Source: Haplodiscus bocki
Taxonomy: Eukaryota
Direction of reading: 5' to 3'
Length of the DNA: 64,000 bases
Assembly (NCBI GenBank): GCA_965655095.1
Contig: OZ296656.1
Location: 33,976,001-34,040,000 of the forward strand
In this document: in pieces, positions 22,705 to 36,118 of the stretch
How the letters are laid out: every line of letters starts with the position of its first letter
Position numbering within the stretch: position 1 is the stretch's first letter
Position numbers and translations under genes: made by a program
Notes under the pieces: model-generated
What the model was told of the DNA's origin: nothing
The model's input: the letters and a program-made list of their open reading frames with translations, nothing else
Database searches by the model: none

Positions 22705-25049
22705 GTCCAGTTCGATTTTACCAGCTATTAGTAAAGTGCTCCAGAAAAACATATATGAACGAACTTTCTTCAATTTCCGATTGAAAAAATTTGCTCTACT
22801 CGAGGCAGTCTGGTTTTCACAGTAAACGAAGTACTATCGAAAGTCATGCTGAAAATAGAGATTACTTTATGCAAGGGAGTACTGATTCACTCACGTGTAT
22901 CTTGCTTGATTTGGGTAGGGCGTTTGAATCAAATAATCATCTAGTTTTATTACTTGAACTGAAAAAACATGGTGTCAGATGAATTTGTTTAACGTGATGT
23001 GGATCATACTTAAAAGAACGACCTCAGGGTGTTCAGGTAGATGATGTACTTCTGGATTTCCTGTACCTGCTGGTAGGAGTTCCGCAATGCTCAAATCGAG
23101 GGCCTCTATTGTTTTTAATATACACCAATGATCAACCAGGTGCTTCTGATTTTCCTGACTCAATTTAATTTGCTGACGACACGAATCCTATTTATCGTAA
23201 AAATCAGGATGAGTTGTTTTTGCTGAATAAAATTTTGAAAAAAATTACCAAATGGCTATCTGTCAATAGGCTTGCTTTAATTATAAATAAAACTTTTTTT
23301 TGAAATATCAAGGCGAAGATATTCATTTATCACACTCCATCACTGAGCAAAAAATTTATGTAAAGTTTTCTGAAATTTTATTCGATAAACATTTATAATT
23401 TAATTTTGATATACCTAAAAAATTGTCAAAACTTTATTCAGTAATAACACAATTAAGACGCTAAGTTAAAAAAATCTGTGCTTCTCCAGTACTATAATAT
23501 TTATATTAAACCGGTTATTGGATATGATCGCCTACTTTATAGCTGTACTTCAAAATAAAGATTGAAACCTAAATTTACAGAAAAAGATACTGGGACAAAT
23601 TTGTCTCGAAGCTCGTTTTTATCCGTCTGCAGAACTTTTCATTCAATTAAATGTTGTACATGTCTTAGTCTTTTCGACGGTTGAGCTTTTAATTTTTTTC
23701 CTAAATCAATTTTTACTGTTCTACCAATTGAAAATTTTAACTCGTTTTATGAGCGCAGAAAATCTAATGTTCGAACGAGAAAACCTCAACTTAAGCTTTT
23801 TTTTCTGCCAAATGAATGCGGCTCTGTTAGTCGTAATTCCTTTCATAACAGAGGTGCAAAGCTGATCAATCGCTTATTAGAAACAAGTTTGAGTACAGTT
23901 GAATTCTCGACAAAAATCGAGCGTAAAACATTGAAACTTTTGCAACATGTAAAAATGAAATGTCAAACTTCGAATACAGTTTTTCAGTGAGATTGCCCAT
24001 CATGTGCTCTTACTTTGTTCGGGTCGTCATCTCACATTTTGGTGGAATCCCTCTGATGGTGCTATTTATAATTTATATCTACATGTATTTACTTTTTTAA
24101 TATATATTTGTATTTATCTATAAATGTAATTCTTTTAATTGGTTATCATCAGAAAAATCAATTTCTTAGTCTCATTCTTTTTCCTAATTTCTGTAGAGCC
24201 CAAGAGGGGTGTCATCTGTTGCTAGCGCCAAAGAATCCCCGATATCTACCAAACGCATCTCTAGTCGGACATCTCCTAATTACATCGGCTGACAGGAAAG
24301 TGATTTCCAACGGGGAAAAATGAGAAGCAGACACCTAACGAAAACAACAAATTGCGATCAAACATCTCCGAACAACCGGGAAATTTGGAGTCGTTTGTCA
24401 ACAAAGCGGCCAGCAACCACAACAACCTGCCTCAAGTGAGAGGACAAAGATAGAACGAGAGAAAAAAGCGAGCTCCAATGAAAAAGACGAAAAAACAAGC
24501 GTCAGCCGGATGCTGGTTGTATTCTCGTAGCTTCCTGCTGCAGATTCTTTTAGCAGTCTTGGTGGAAACTGGAGACTGACAGGAGGAAAATCTCCCAAGA
24601 ATCAGCAGTCTGGTGTAATTGTTGTCTTGTTTTTTGATTTTTAATATACCACAAGTCGGCCACCTTTTGTGTCAGGTCACTGAAGCGATGATTCCAACAA
24701 AGCGTACTGCTTCGAATAGCTGTGTGGTATGCGAAATCCTTACAAGACTAGTGGAACCTGGTGCTGCGTTACATGTGCAGGTGAAACTCAACGCAGTACG
24801 AAACTGCAGCGGCTTTGAAACTTCCGGAAGGAAAATCAGAAAACAAAACCAGTTAGAACACAATCGTCAACAATGTGAAAACACTAATGAAAGATTTCTA
24901 CTATCTTATAAACGGAACTAACGTCAAGGCCCGTGCGCCATTTTAGAAGGAAGAAAACCAAACAAAAGAAAATAAATTCAACTATTTGGGCCAAGGCCGT
25001 CAAAGAGTTTGTTGGTAGACACTTTAGCTGAACAAGAAAAGAAAGTTAA

Positions 25050-27050
25050 AGAGAGAGAAAGAGAGAGAGACAGAGAGAGCATGTTTTATTGTCTTTAATG
25101 CACAAGTACATATGTCAACAGATTAGGTATAATTCATTCAAAATGGATTAACGTTTATATTACCGTGAAGTGTCGCAGGAAGTGAGAATGCTTTCATTCA
25201 CCTTCAATAGTTCGATAGTAGTCTTTATTGCTCTCTCATTTTTACAATTGATAAAAGCTACCAGAAAAGACGGCACTTCTTCCTCTATTAACACATTTTT
25301 AAGCACGCGCCTATTTATACTTTGGCAATAAAAAATGAGACGCTCAATTGAATCATATCCACCGCACCCACAGAGCGGGAGCTCAGCATTCCAACTACCG
25401 TATTTGAACATGATCAGTGCAAAGTAGTTGACCAAAAGCCTCAATGTAAAAATCCGTCAATTAGCAGAAACAATATTACGATCCAAAGTTCCGAGAAGTG
25501 TATTTCCTACAACCATTCCCTTGAATTCATTAGAAATTAACTCACTGTCAGTTTGTTTTCGCCAAATATGCAAGACTCATGAATTGAAACTAGAACACTT
25601 CCTCGACCCCTGCTGCAACAAAAATATCGCAAGTTTTCAAGCAATCCATCCTCTTTTGGAGATGAATGACTCCATTCATTTTGAAACAGACCTACATATA
25701 GTTACAAGTTCTTTTGAAATGTATAACGGCAAAGTTGAATTTTGAGCGACAGCGGTGAGATATTAAACACACTGATGATAGAACATTTTACTCGGAATAG
25801 GATTCTTAAGAAGAGCGAAAACCACATGTTTGTAAAACTTGTTGTACTTTGAAGAAACGTCAGTACTCACAGCAGTCCGCCATATCCCATCGTGTGATGA
25901 TGGATTGCCATCAAACCTGTGGTGAAAATTACAAGCAATTTTGGATTTGGTGTACACATTAAAAAATTTCAAACGAAAATCTTTCTAAATGCCTCAATTC
26001 ATAATACATGTACAGTTTTTCCAAATGAATACGTTGAAGGCCGTCAAATGTTTGTCATGACTTCTAATCTTCAATTGCCGATCTAATTGAACACCAAAAA
26101 CTTTGGTAACATCCGTGAGTGGAATGTTTGTAGCCTTTCCAACAACATTCAAAAGCAATTGCTCGATTTTAAAACTGTAATTGACTAAAATCCAGATTTC
26201 GCAAAACTCTTCGGGAGTTTCATACAGCGTAACGGATTCAAAGGAGAACATAGGCTCCTACTGTCATCAGCATACTTTTGTTTTGTTCCATAGTTTTACA
26301 GAAAATCAGATTTGAAAATTATGACTAGTAATAGAGAAGGAATCGCTTGTTGCTATACACCAATCGATGGAGTGAAAAGATTTCCCAAAGACTGGTTCAC
26401 TTCAATGCGATCACTTCTGTTTATCAAAAAACTACCAATTAGGGGTATGATTCTTCTAAGCAAACCCTCTTTAAGCAGACAAAAGTAAGTAAAACATAAT
26501 TTATGGAAGCAAAAGCCTTCTCTGAGTCGTGGAAAATAGCCACACAGGGATCTTTTGAAGCAATCTTGGTTTTGAGATCAGAAGTCGGCCGGTAAAGATA
26601 TATTATAGTTGAGCGTCGTCCCCTGAAAACAAATTGTTCAGCCCCCACTTCGATGCAATTTGACTTTCTCAATCTTTCATCAATAATAGGTTTCAGTACT
26701 TTGCCTAAAAGAGAAGCTAAATAGATGGGTCTACAAGAAGCAGCTTTTGCATATTTTGTCCCACTTCTTTCAAGAACCTAACCGACACCTTGTTGAATGG
26801 CCAGAAACCCGTATCTAAATACTTGTTAAACAGGTGTAAAAGTAGGCTGAGCGTAAAAAACATGAAGGATTTCTGAACCCGCAGGAGGAAGCCATAAGGA
26901 TCAGCAACGTCACGCCTCTCAACCCTACGGTTCGTTGCAACCAATTCATTCATATTTATTCTCTTGTTGATTTTAAAACAATTGTCGTTGATTGAATTTT
27001 GTTGACGATTGTATCTGGAGTCATTTAAAACCACATTAACCACTGACACA
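25050..27050 (-). mobile_element. Decayed non-LTR retrotransposon 3' half (RT + C-terminal Cys/His motif, (CT)n tail)
   Basis: HDSEKAFASINY resembles DFEKAFDSI; KVFGVQLDRQL; LCGCGGYDSIERLIFYC; on the minus strand AATAAA is followed by a CT microsatellite (25050-25090). Confidence 0.75.
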
Positions 27051-27128
27051 ACACAGTTGAGAAGAAATTTATCAAAAACGTCCGTCTCGGAAGTCTCCGC
27101 CTTGGAAAAAGACTTTCTCGAAACCTAT

Positions 27129-29340
27129 AGCCTTATCGGTGTCAGTACTCACTTTTCTCCATTGTGAATCAAAATCGGTACATTTTGTCATTGAACTTAC
27201 GGCGTGTTCAAGCATAGCGGAAAGGAAGTCCAAAAATTAGTTTCACCGATTCAAATGAAAATCTCAACGCAAATTTCGACATCATCATCAGAACAAATGG
27301 AGACATCGAGATTGAGGTCACAAAAATTAAGACCTGCGCCAATTTATCTTGAAAGTTTGCTGCGCAGCGTAATACGGATCCATAGCGTTTACCACTGCTG
27401 ATAAGATAGGACAACCATCAAAATGAACGTTGAAAAACCTGAAGAAAACAAACTTAACATGGAAAAGGCTCAACCAAATCGGAATTAAAATCCGAGAGAA
27501 ACCTGAAAAAAAAGTTCGACATTCAAAATTCGGAAACTTGAAAACAGAGGAAGAAGTAGCGTTACTTCAAGCTGACATCAAAAAAGATGTCAATAATTTG
27601 CAGATCATTTTGGCAAACATTTGACTGTTATACCATGAATTCTGATGAGGAAGGTAGAGAAAGCCTGTTATACATCTGCGAGTTCTCAGAGTTCAAAGTA
27701 CTTACAGAAAATAAGGTTCTGAAAAAGTTCAATTGTGCAATTATTTCATCGAAAAGCATTTTTTTTGGTTACTTCGATAAACCGAGCTCCATCTTGGACA
27801 ATTTAGAACAACAAAAGCTTTTGAAAGAAATCCTCAGAAACGTTTGAGATAACCGAACAGAAAATAACGTTTTGGGAGAAATGACAGTCTGCGAATAAGT
27901 TTAGAAAAAAAACAGTACAAACCGCAACACGACCATTGAAGAACACCAACTTCTAAAAGCTCTTAAAGACTATTATATGGACCGAAAAATTGACCACCTC
28001 ACGAGAGTTGCAAAAAAATAGAATCCTTAACTTCTGCAGCAACTAGGAACATAAATACGTTTTGTGTCTTCATTCATCTAGTACGTCCTATTATATATAA
28101 TAAATGTAATAAAAGGGGAAAGACAAACACGACCTCCTACAAGCGATACTCAAAACTACGAAGGTTGTTGCGCGAACACTCAATGGAACTACCGCAGAGT
28201 AATCTATTTAAGTTTTCATGCCGAAACAAATTGAACAACCTCCTCAACAAAATGATGGCAGCTAAGGAAAACTAAAACAATTTTAAAAGTGGCTTGCTAA
28301 GTGCGACCGGCGAATTTCTGCAGAAACGAAAATACTCCTCAACAGGCAAACGGAAGTGCTACTATAGCTGAGCAAAAAGTGATTAAAACGCTGAAAGAAG
28401 GAGTTGATTGGATATCTTCAGCAGAAATAAAACAAAGTAACGCGAGTTAAAAAGACGTTGAAGAAAAAAACATTATAATCTTATGGGCTCCAAGAAAAAA
28501 ACTGAGTTGAATTGAATATTAACGACAAAAAACAACATGAAAACTGGGGAGCTTCCTCAACGGATAACTAAAATTGGGCGAGACAAAACATTCAATGAAA
28601 CTCTGCACAGCCACATTGCAACAACAGGCAAGGAATTTGGAGGAATTTCAGGAGTTTTCTCAACTGGCGATTGAATTAAAGCAGATAAAAAAACTAGTAA
28701 TTGTCAAATGGATTGAAACTCACGGAGCAGATAAAGTTGAGTGCAATTGAAACACTGGAATTAGCAAAATCTAGAGGACGAGGGAAACCTAATCCTCGTA
28801 ATCAGTACCAAGTAAAAAATGGAACTGCTCCAATTCTGAGGTTATTCTAAATGAACCATGGAAAAACGGTGAAATGACTGATTTTTGAAAAAGTCCAATC
28901 AAAGCGAGGATATCAAAAAAGACAAAAAAGAAGAAGTCCGAATAACTAAACACCTGTAAATATGACCAAAGATCGTTACAAACTAAAATAACGATCCGTT
29001 GGACACACATTCTTGATTTTTTTTCGATGGAAACTGACTAGCCTAAAACCAACAGTTTGGCTTTGAACCCGGCAGTTCAATTTTGCAAGAGTATACCAGA
29101 AAACTGGAGAACCTGACCTCAGAAATTGATAAAGGCGAGGAAATTCACACGGTAAACGTTGATTTCTACGAAAGGTTTTGCCAGTGTTGCGCCCAACAAA
29201 CCCGTTCAAGCAATATTCAGATATGGGGTACGAAGCAAAAGATTCGCATGCCTTATCGCATTTTCGATCAATCGGAAACAATGAGTGAAAACACTTCTTC
29301 CTAAGCACCGTGTATCAATGGCGTAACTCGACCGGTCAAT
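27129..29340 (+). mobile_element. Heavily decayed, internally deleted CR1-like LINE
   Basis: EIDKGEEIHTVNVDF resembles LDKG..VD.IYLDF; YGVR and NRKQ remnants at 29120-29330; upstream K/E-rich ORF1-like fragments. Boundaries approximate. Confidence 0.5.
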
Positions 29341-31499
29341 GGAACTTCCGTTTCTGTACTTCTGTATCTCCTAAAAAGTCTAAAAGCATTGTATTGGCCA
29401 ATTTTAACAGGACACAATGAATACGACGAGATGAATTTTTTGAGATACTGCAGAGGTGATATCGGAATCTATAGGAGTCCTGGACAACGGTCGAAAAAAG
29501 GGCTGGTGCTTGTATGACAAAAAAGGCAAAAAGTCAAAGAAGACAAAGATGCAGAATCTCAAGAAGTGAGTTCCTCCAGCGATTGCTGAGGAAAACTTTT
29601 CTCAGAATAAACCCCACGCACTCAGTATCGAAGCCTACCTTCTTGGATATAATCAGCGCTTCAGCATGCAAACAAGGATCCGTCAGAACTCAGGGAAGCC
29701 ATCAACTATCTTGGGTGGATAACAGAGACTGGCACCGATGGCACTCCAACCTTGGTCAAACATCAATGAAAATTTTTCATGCTCCTGCAACGTCTTGTCG
29801 ACGTCTATCTCTGGGAAATCTCCGCGAAGATAGTTTGGCGCTCTAAAACTTTTCTGGAAGACACGTTTTCAAAGATCACGGAGTGAAACCGAAAGATGGC
29901 GGGAAGTTCTGGGAGATATCTTCGGAACCAATTTTCTTGGACGTAGTTGCAACAATTTGAATGTCTCAACTGAAAAAAGACAGCATTATCTGGGTCAAAC
30001 GTGTAGCAATGAGCACGATTGCTGCCATATTCGCCGAAAAGTTGATCAGGTGATAAATAAAGCTATTTTGATTGATGCGAGGAAGGTTGATAGCAACCTG
30101 AACAATACATGGCGTGGCAGAACGACAACCAATTCTCTGCCCGGAAAGACGCTGGAAATAAGGAACACTAACAAAGTTAAATCTTGCTTTTTGAATCGTG
30201 TTTTCGAAAAAGCTATTCCTTGTATGATTTAGCACTGCTGCCTTAATGAAGTTGTTACCAGAATAAAAAGTAACTCACAAGTGCTATGCGGCTAAGGGCA
30301 ACACAATATGAAATCGAAAAGTGCTTCGAAATTTGAATCAGGCGTTGCAAATGCAAGAAACTGCGATAGGCTGCAACGTCACCGAGTGCCGGCCAATAGC
30401 GATTACCATGCTCACGAAAAGCACAAAAAAGGTTAAAGAAAGTTTATATTGATTTCGGTGAAAGACACCGGTTCCTAGGATCTGCCAATGGATTGATGGA
30501 ATCAGCGGAAGCATTCCCGTTAGAGAAACTAGTTGAGTACACAGAAATCATTAAGGAACTCGGTCAAGAGACAACCAGATCTCCGTATATTGTTCAACCT
30601 GCGTTGGCCAAAAGTTCTCAACTTTCGATGAAGTACTTTTTGCTATGAACAAAAAGCAAAGAAAAATCTTTAAAACACAGACAAGTTGAGAAAACAAACT
30701 TGTTACCGAACATCAACGGTGGAGGTCATCACATTGCATAGTAGTTCACTTTCTTTTCTCTGCCTTTGAAAAAGAGTGACACAATCTTTTTGGTCCCCGA
30801 TGATAGGAGCAAGGATACGGACTGTTTGAAAAAGCTAACACCAAACGTAGATGGCGTCAAGTTTTTTGCAGTAGAAAAAAAAATTAGCGAGAAACGATGC
30901 ACTTGGTTGAAAAAAAAACAGAAAAACAGAAGATGAATGTCATCGCGTTGACAGAGGAGCTTGATTATTGTCAACAAAAAGCTGTTTCTTTAGTTTTCCA
31001 AAAAGAACAGTAGGATGGCTCTCCTCACTGCCTCATACGCTCTACAATTCTGTGCGAATGTCAAGTTTGCATCGCACTAAGGTACAAAAGGCAGCCAAAT
31101 TTATAAGACTGAATTGTCCTTCTAGACAAGCCTTCAGGATAATCCATCCCGTCCCACCTTCGGTTAACTCTACCCACGTGCAACAAGACGAGACACGTGA
31201 TATTTTCGCGTAAGAAATGCGTCTGTTCGGATGCAGAAAAAAGTCCAGACAATAGAGAAGGAAGCTTTAGAACACAAATCAGCGTGTACTCAAGATGAAC
31301 TTGCTGGGACATGCAAGGAAACAAGTTGTTGGAATCCAGTTCACGCGAAAGGTTTTTTGACCTTAAGACTTTAAAATTTTTATACTCTCTGCAAAGATAT
31401 CAAAAGTGCATTTGTGTTTCAGGAATCACTGCAAGAGCTGCAACATGAACAGAGAACATTCCACATGGAATATATAACTTTAAATCCTCTAGTGCAGGC

Positions 31500-33000
31500 C
31501 TCTCTGCCGCCAATGTTAACTGTGTTTGCTCTGAAATTCTTCAAAAGTTAGTACTGGAGAACTACTCTGTTGAAGGAAAAATAATTTTGCTCCACTACGC
31601 ATTGTAAAGAGGGTAGACAGCGAAGATTAGCTTGATTTAATTGGACGACCCTTTTGTTATGAATATTTTGCTTCAACAATATATCGATATACTGTGAATT
31701 TCCTGACAAGCACCTAATCGATAAATTACCAGCCCAAACGATGTTTAAATGCATTTCGGTTTAAACGTGACCGCTATTGACTTTATAGGCAGACTCTACA
31801 GCCTCCAGCGCATTGACAACTAGATACTTTCCACTGTCTATACCTGATCGCGATCTCCTTAAAGTTTCTTCAGTGAATATGGCTTTATTGTCACTCTAAA
31901 GAAACAGTAGATCTGTTTTCTTTACAAGGTTCAAAATGTCATTATTTGCATTTTTCGAAAAAAAATTATCAAAGTTTGTTGATTTTTGGAATTTTTGCGA
32001 ATTGGCCAACGACCACCAATATCATGAACTTTCTCCAGCGTGACCAAAAGTGTATTAGACAGCATTCAAATTGGAAAAACGATAACTAAAAATTAAAGAA
32101 GAGGTTTCTGATAAATGTGCTTTTCAGCTAGTTTTATTTCCACTGCCAGGCGACCATTTCGATTCATAACGTTGAAATCATTGTTCATCTCCGAGTCAAA
32201 ATCAATTCCCACTTGAGGTTATGTCACTACATACCCTCAACGCTAAAAAAGATTTTGTGTAGCTCAGCTCTGTGTTGATCGTTGATCGGACATAAATCTT
32301 GTTGAGTCAAAGGAAGCAATAAAAATTTTACAGTTTGTGGGACAAAAACAGCAGACCATTAGTAAAAGCCCGAGTTTTCAAGACATCAAAATCCCCTTGA
32401 ACATCGTTTTGATTTGCAATTGATTACTTTAAGGTTTTCGCAGTAACGGAAGCACTGAGTTATTAGACATTAAGTTAAGATTGTCTGCAAAAATTAGATA
32501 AAAACCAAAGGCTCTACAGCTTTTCCTTGAGGTGCGCCAGAAGTGACCAAAGCAGCAGAGGAAACATTTTCAAGGGCAAACACATTCGGTCCGATTTTCG
32601 ATAAACCAATTGAAGAGTTGAGCGAAGCCAAGACAAAGACCAAAAGTGATGAGCTTTCATGGCTTATGTAGCATGCGGCGAGGCACAGAATTGAAAGTCT
32701 TTCACACATTGATGTTGAGGTAAACCACAAGGACGCCTGAATCCCAATGCCAATAAATCTGCTGCAAATACAACAGTAGTTGAGAACCACTACCATGATG
32801 TTTCATGAAATCAGGGGTGTTGTTGAGTTATGCTAAGGCGTATATTGGGTCAGATGAAGTGTTATATTGTACGTATAACCAACGATAGTTTACCTGGAAT
32901 TTTGATCGGAGCATACAACTACAAGTAGTTTTGAAAACAAAAGAAGTGAACGCGTTTTCTTGTAAAGGAGCAACTTCTGACGTCTTCCAAAACCAAACTT
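31500..33000 (-). mobile_element. Decayed LINE RT fragment
   Basis: VTSGAPQGKAVEPLVFI resembles SGVPQGSVLGPLLF and is followed by a FADN remnant at ~32480-32550. Confidence 0.65.
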
Positions 33001-33899
33001 GAAGCGAAGTTGCATTTCCGATCACACATGAGACTGAACTGACACTAATAGAGAAAAATAATCAAGTCTTGATGCACGTGGAACATGGTAATTTATCCGA
33101 ACGCATCGCCAGACCGTCAGGGTTTTCTCAAAAAATCGTTTCTAAATAGGAAATTGTGATTAGCAGCAAACTTGGTTATATCGTTTCTTACAAGTGTGGA
33201 ATTGTAGTCCACCATATATGTTCTACTAGAAAACACAGAAACAGAATAGGCGTTGAAAGCACGTGGAATCGATGATTCATATGCAATTTGATCTTTTCAC
33301 ACTTTCGCGGCAGCTATGAATAAAAACGGATGCTACGCCGTCACTTGAATCATGCGCACAGTCGTTTGTTTCACATGTCTCCAATTTCTCTCTATCGGGG
33401 AGTTTCTTTATAGAGGAGTTTGTCTTTCGAGGGGATTTGCAATTGAAAGATCGTGAATCCTTAGATATTCATAAAATGCATTCAGTAGATTGTTCTTGCT
33501 TCAAGAATTCAGTGGTGTGGTAAGATTGGAAATGGGAATGAAGAGGACGCTTTGTACTCCTCCTTTGTGCGGACGATTTGGACAGCGCTGAGTATCAGAT
33601 TATTGCACGTAAATGCATTCTTGTTATTATAGCTTTTGTCAAAAGCAACGTGATCAAACAAAGCTCTAAGAAATTAGGGTGAAGTTGCGCCCTGAAACAT
33701 CCATTCATTTACACCATACAAGAAGAACGTAATGTTCTCCGACAAACCGACACTAGACACTAAAAGACAGATTTGATTTATTATTGGGAATCAAGTCCAA
33801 ATATTCCCAAATTGTGAAAGATCTTGCTGGATTTTCCGATTAGATTTCAGGAATTGAAGATATGCTTTTTTTCCGGGAAAATTGAACTCGTCCGAAGTA

Positions 33900-35300
33900 T
33901 AATTCTCAAGGACCATTTTGAATAGCTAATTTGAAGAATAGTTCAAAAACAAAAAAACGTTCTCCATTGCATTCTTTAAAAAGATGATTGAAATTTCGAC
34001 ATTCAAGGAAAACGATGGTTTTTTTATAAGCGCGAAGAGAATTTTGTTGTTACTAAATTCCGAGACACACGAAGAAGCAAACTCCTGTTGAATTGGAGAC
34101 AGATCACAAAACCTTATTTTCTTGTTTTTGAAGCAGGCGACAAGGACTCTTGCATAGTGACCATACGTAAGCTGAACTCTAGCCACAAAACTGAACGATG
34201 ACAGAAGGAAAATGTCAATATCAAAGATTTTGTGGGAAAAATACGCTTATGTGAGAAAAAGTAAAAAGCGAAGTTGTTGTACACATACTTCAAGCGATTT
34301 TGTGTTTTCTGAATGTCGTATTGTGACTAACAGTATATCATTCAGCAATCGATTTTTGTTTCGCCTGTTCGTAAACAAAAGGACCAGAAGCATATCAAAA
34401 TTGTTTTCCTATTTTGGAACCTTTCCTAAAACTTCCTCAACTTGTTACTGAATTTGTCAAGTCTCGTCAGGAAAACGGTTTTTTCTTCATTTTTTCTAAT
34501 CAATAAATTGTCAAAAAATTGTTGCTGAAGAATAACATTCTTTACGAAAGTTTCAATTTTTTTCTATGTACTTTTATACCATCGCAAAGCTTCTTGCCCA
34601 GACGGTGAACACTAACAAAGTATCCCATGAGGACTGAATTGACGAACGCCAGTAACTTTATCAACACTGTTTTAGAGAACACCAACGGGACGTCTATGAC
34701 CTCTTTCAGTAATCCCAGTTGAAAAAACAAATCTTGTCCCGAGTTTTATTTTGAGTTTAACAATTTTGTAGGATTTCAAAACGTGATGAGAACGATTCAG
34801 TACCTGAGGTTTTAAAGTTTTCCTTTCAAACTCTGGAAACCGGAGCATGTAAAGTTTCAAGATTTTTTGAGCCTTTCATGTGGATATACTTTCGATCGAA
34901 GTGAAAACGAAAACTTTGTTCCGGGTAGAAGAATGTTGTCATTGATGTACGAGTCAAACATCCACTCGCAATTTGGCTGGCTTTCGGGCCAGCCACCATC
35001 TCCCTTATACGCTGAAGCAGAGTCTGGAACTTCCTCATCCAATTTTCGACGGCGCTTCGTCTCTGATCACCTTAATCTATTTAAGTTATTAGCAAATTGT
35101 TTTGGAACCAGTCTGATTCCGTTTTTTGAGGAGCCATTTACTGTGAAACAATTTTTTCGGTTATCACAATGAGCAGCTAATCTTTCTGACATCTGGACTG
35201 TAATTGTTCATTGCCCTTTTGTCATGAGGATGTTTCTTACAACACTTTCTCTTAGTGTAAGTAAGGACATTCATTATGTCACTCTGTCTTCCCGATTGAG
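33900..35300 (-). mobile_element. Possible pogo/Tigger-like transposase remnant
   Basis: Weak ordered echoes of a CENP-B HTH (WLAR), D.PL.F, DG.K and LNV..I..LK motifs across broken frames. Confidence 0.3.
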
Positions 35301-35518
35301 ATAATCCGTTTCCTTTAAACAGTCTGAATTAAAATAATACCTAGTGTAGATGAAAAGCGGTCAATTTCCGTTTTGAAAACACTTTGGTTCAGAGTTCAGC
35401 GGGAGACTTGAAAAATTAGAACTTTTTACTTCATTTCTCTTACTGCATAGCATCATAGCTTCCACGAGCAATCTCCATCTTTGAAGAATGTTCAAGTAAT
35501 CAATTCACAGATTATGCC

Positions 35519-35645
35519 TGTTCTACTCCAAATAAATTGGTAAGAACAAATAGGTTTCTAATATTTAAATGTAACATGTGACTTTCTTGGTATAATCATT
35601 GACGGTGTTCCGAACATAACAACAGTGTATTGTTTACTAATATAT
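35519..35645 (-). repeat. Truncated 3' LTR of the Gypsy element
   Basis: Aligns with 46452-46585 (gttatg.tcggaac.ccg...gaaagtcacat...taccaatt...gagtagaaca). Confidence 0.8.
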
Positions 35646-36118
35646 ACCTTCCTTCATCATTCGTGTTCTCTCCGACACACTAACATACTTTCAACTGGGC
35701 CGTCTCAGTTGAAATTTATTTGGAGACATGTGCCTCTTCGATGATCTCTTAAATTCAATCGGTGTTGATATTAGTTTTCGACGTAAAATTTTAATATCTA
35801 CAGCACGGACCGTATGTTCGGTACCGTCTGCGGCATTTCTCGGTTGTTCCCTATATTTCCCTTCCAATGACTTTTTGAAACCTTTTCTCAAAACAATGTG
35901 TATGAATATTGGAAGTTTCCACAAACCGCCTTTACCGGTTTTCCCTTCGGTGATTTGTGTGACGTGCAGAAGGGGAATTTTCTTTTCTTGGCCATAATTA
36001 TGTGATACGTCACTTCTCTTTTTTCATTTCAGGCCACATAAATTGGTAACTGCTCCCGTGGTACCAAAACGCTCAATGTTGTTCAGTTGAACAAAATACT
36101 CTTGTTGTATTTGATTGT

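Larger units (their letters stand above)
15287..24190 (+). mobile_element. Old, decayed CR1-group (Crack/Daphne-like) LINE, copy 1, split by the CR1 insertion at 16159-21067
   Basis: ORF1 remnants (EQYG..DNIRISG, RPIIAKFVR) at 15330-15900; APE and RT remnants after 21068 (LLDLGRAFE, FADDTN); colinear with copy 2 (36119-41800) on both sides of the insertion and in the 3' UTR. Confidence 0.85.

Noticed and set aside
24192-24860. Possible solo LTR (TGT...AGAACA)
   Set aside because: No matching target-site duplication and no second copy in the window.
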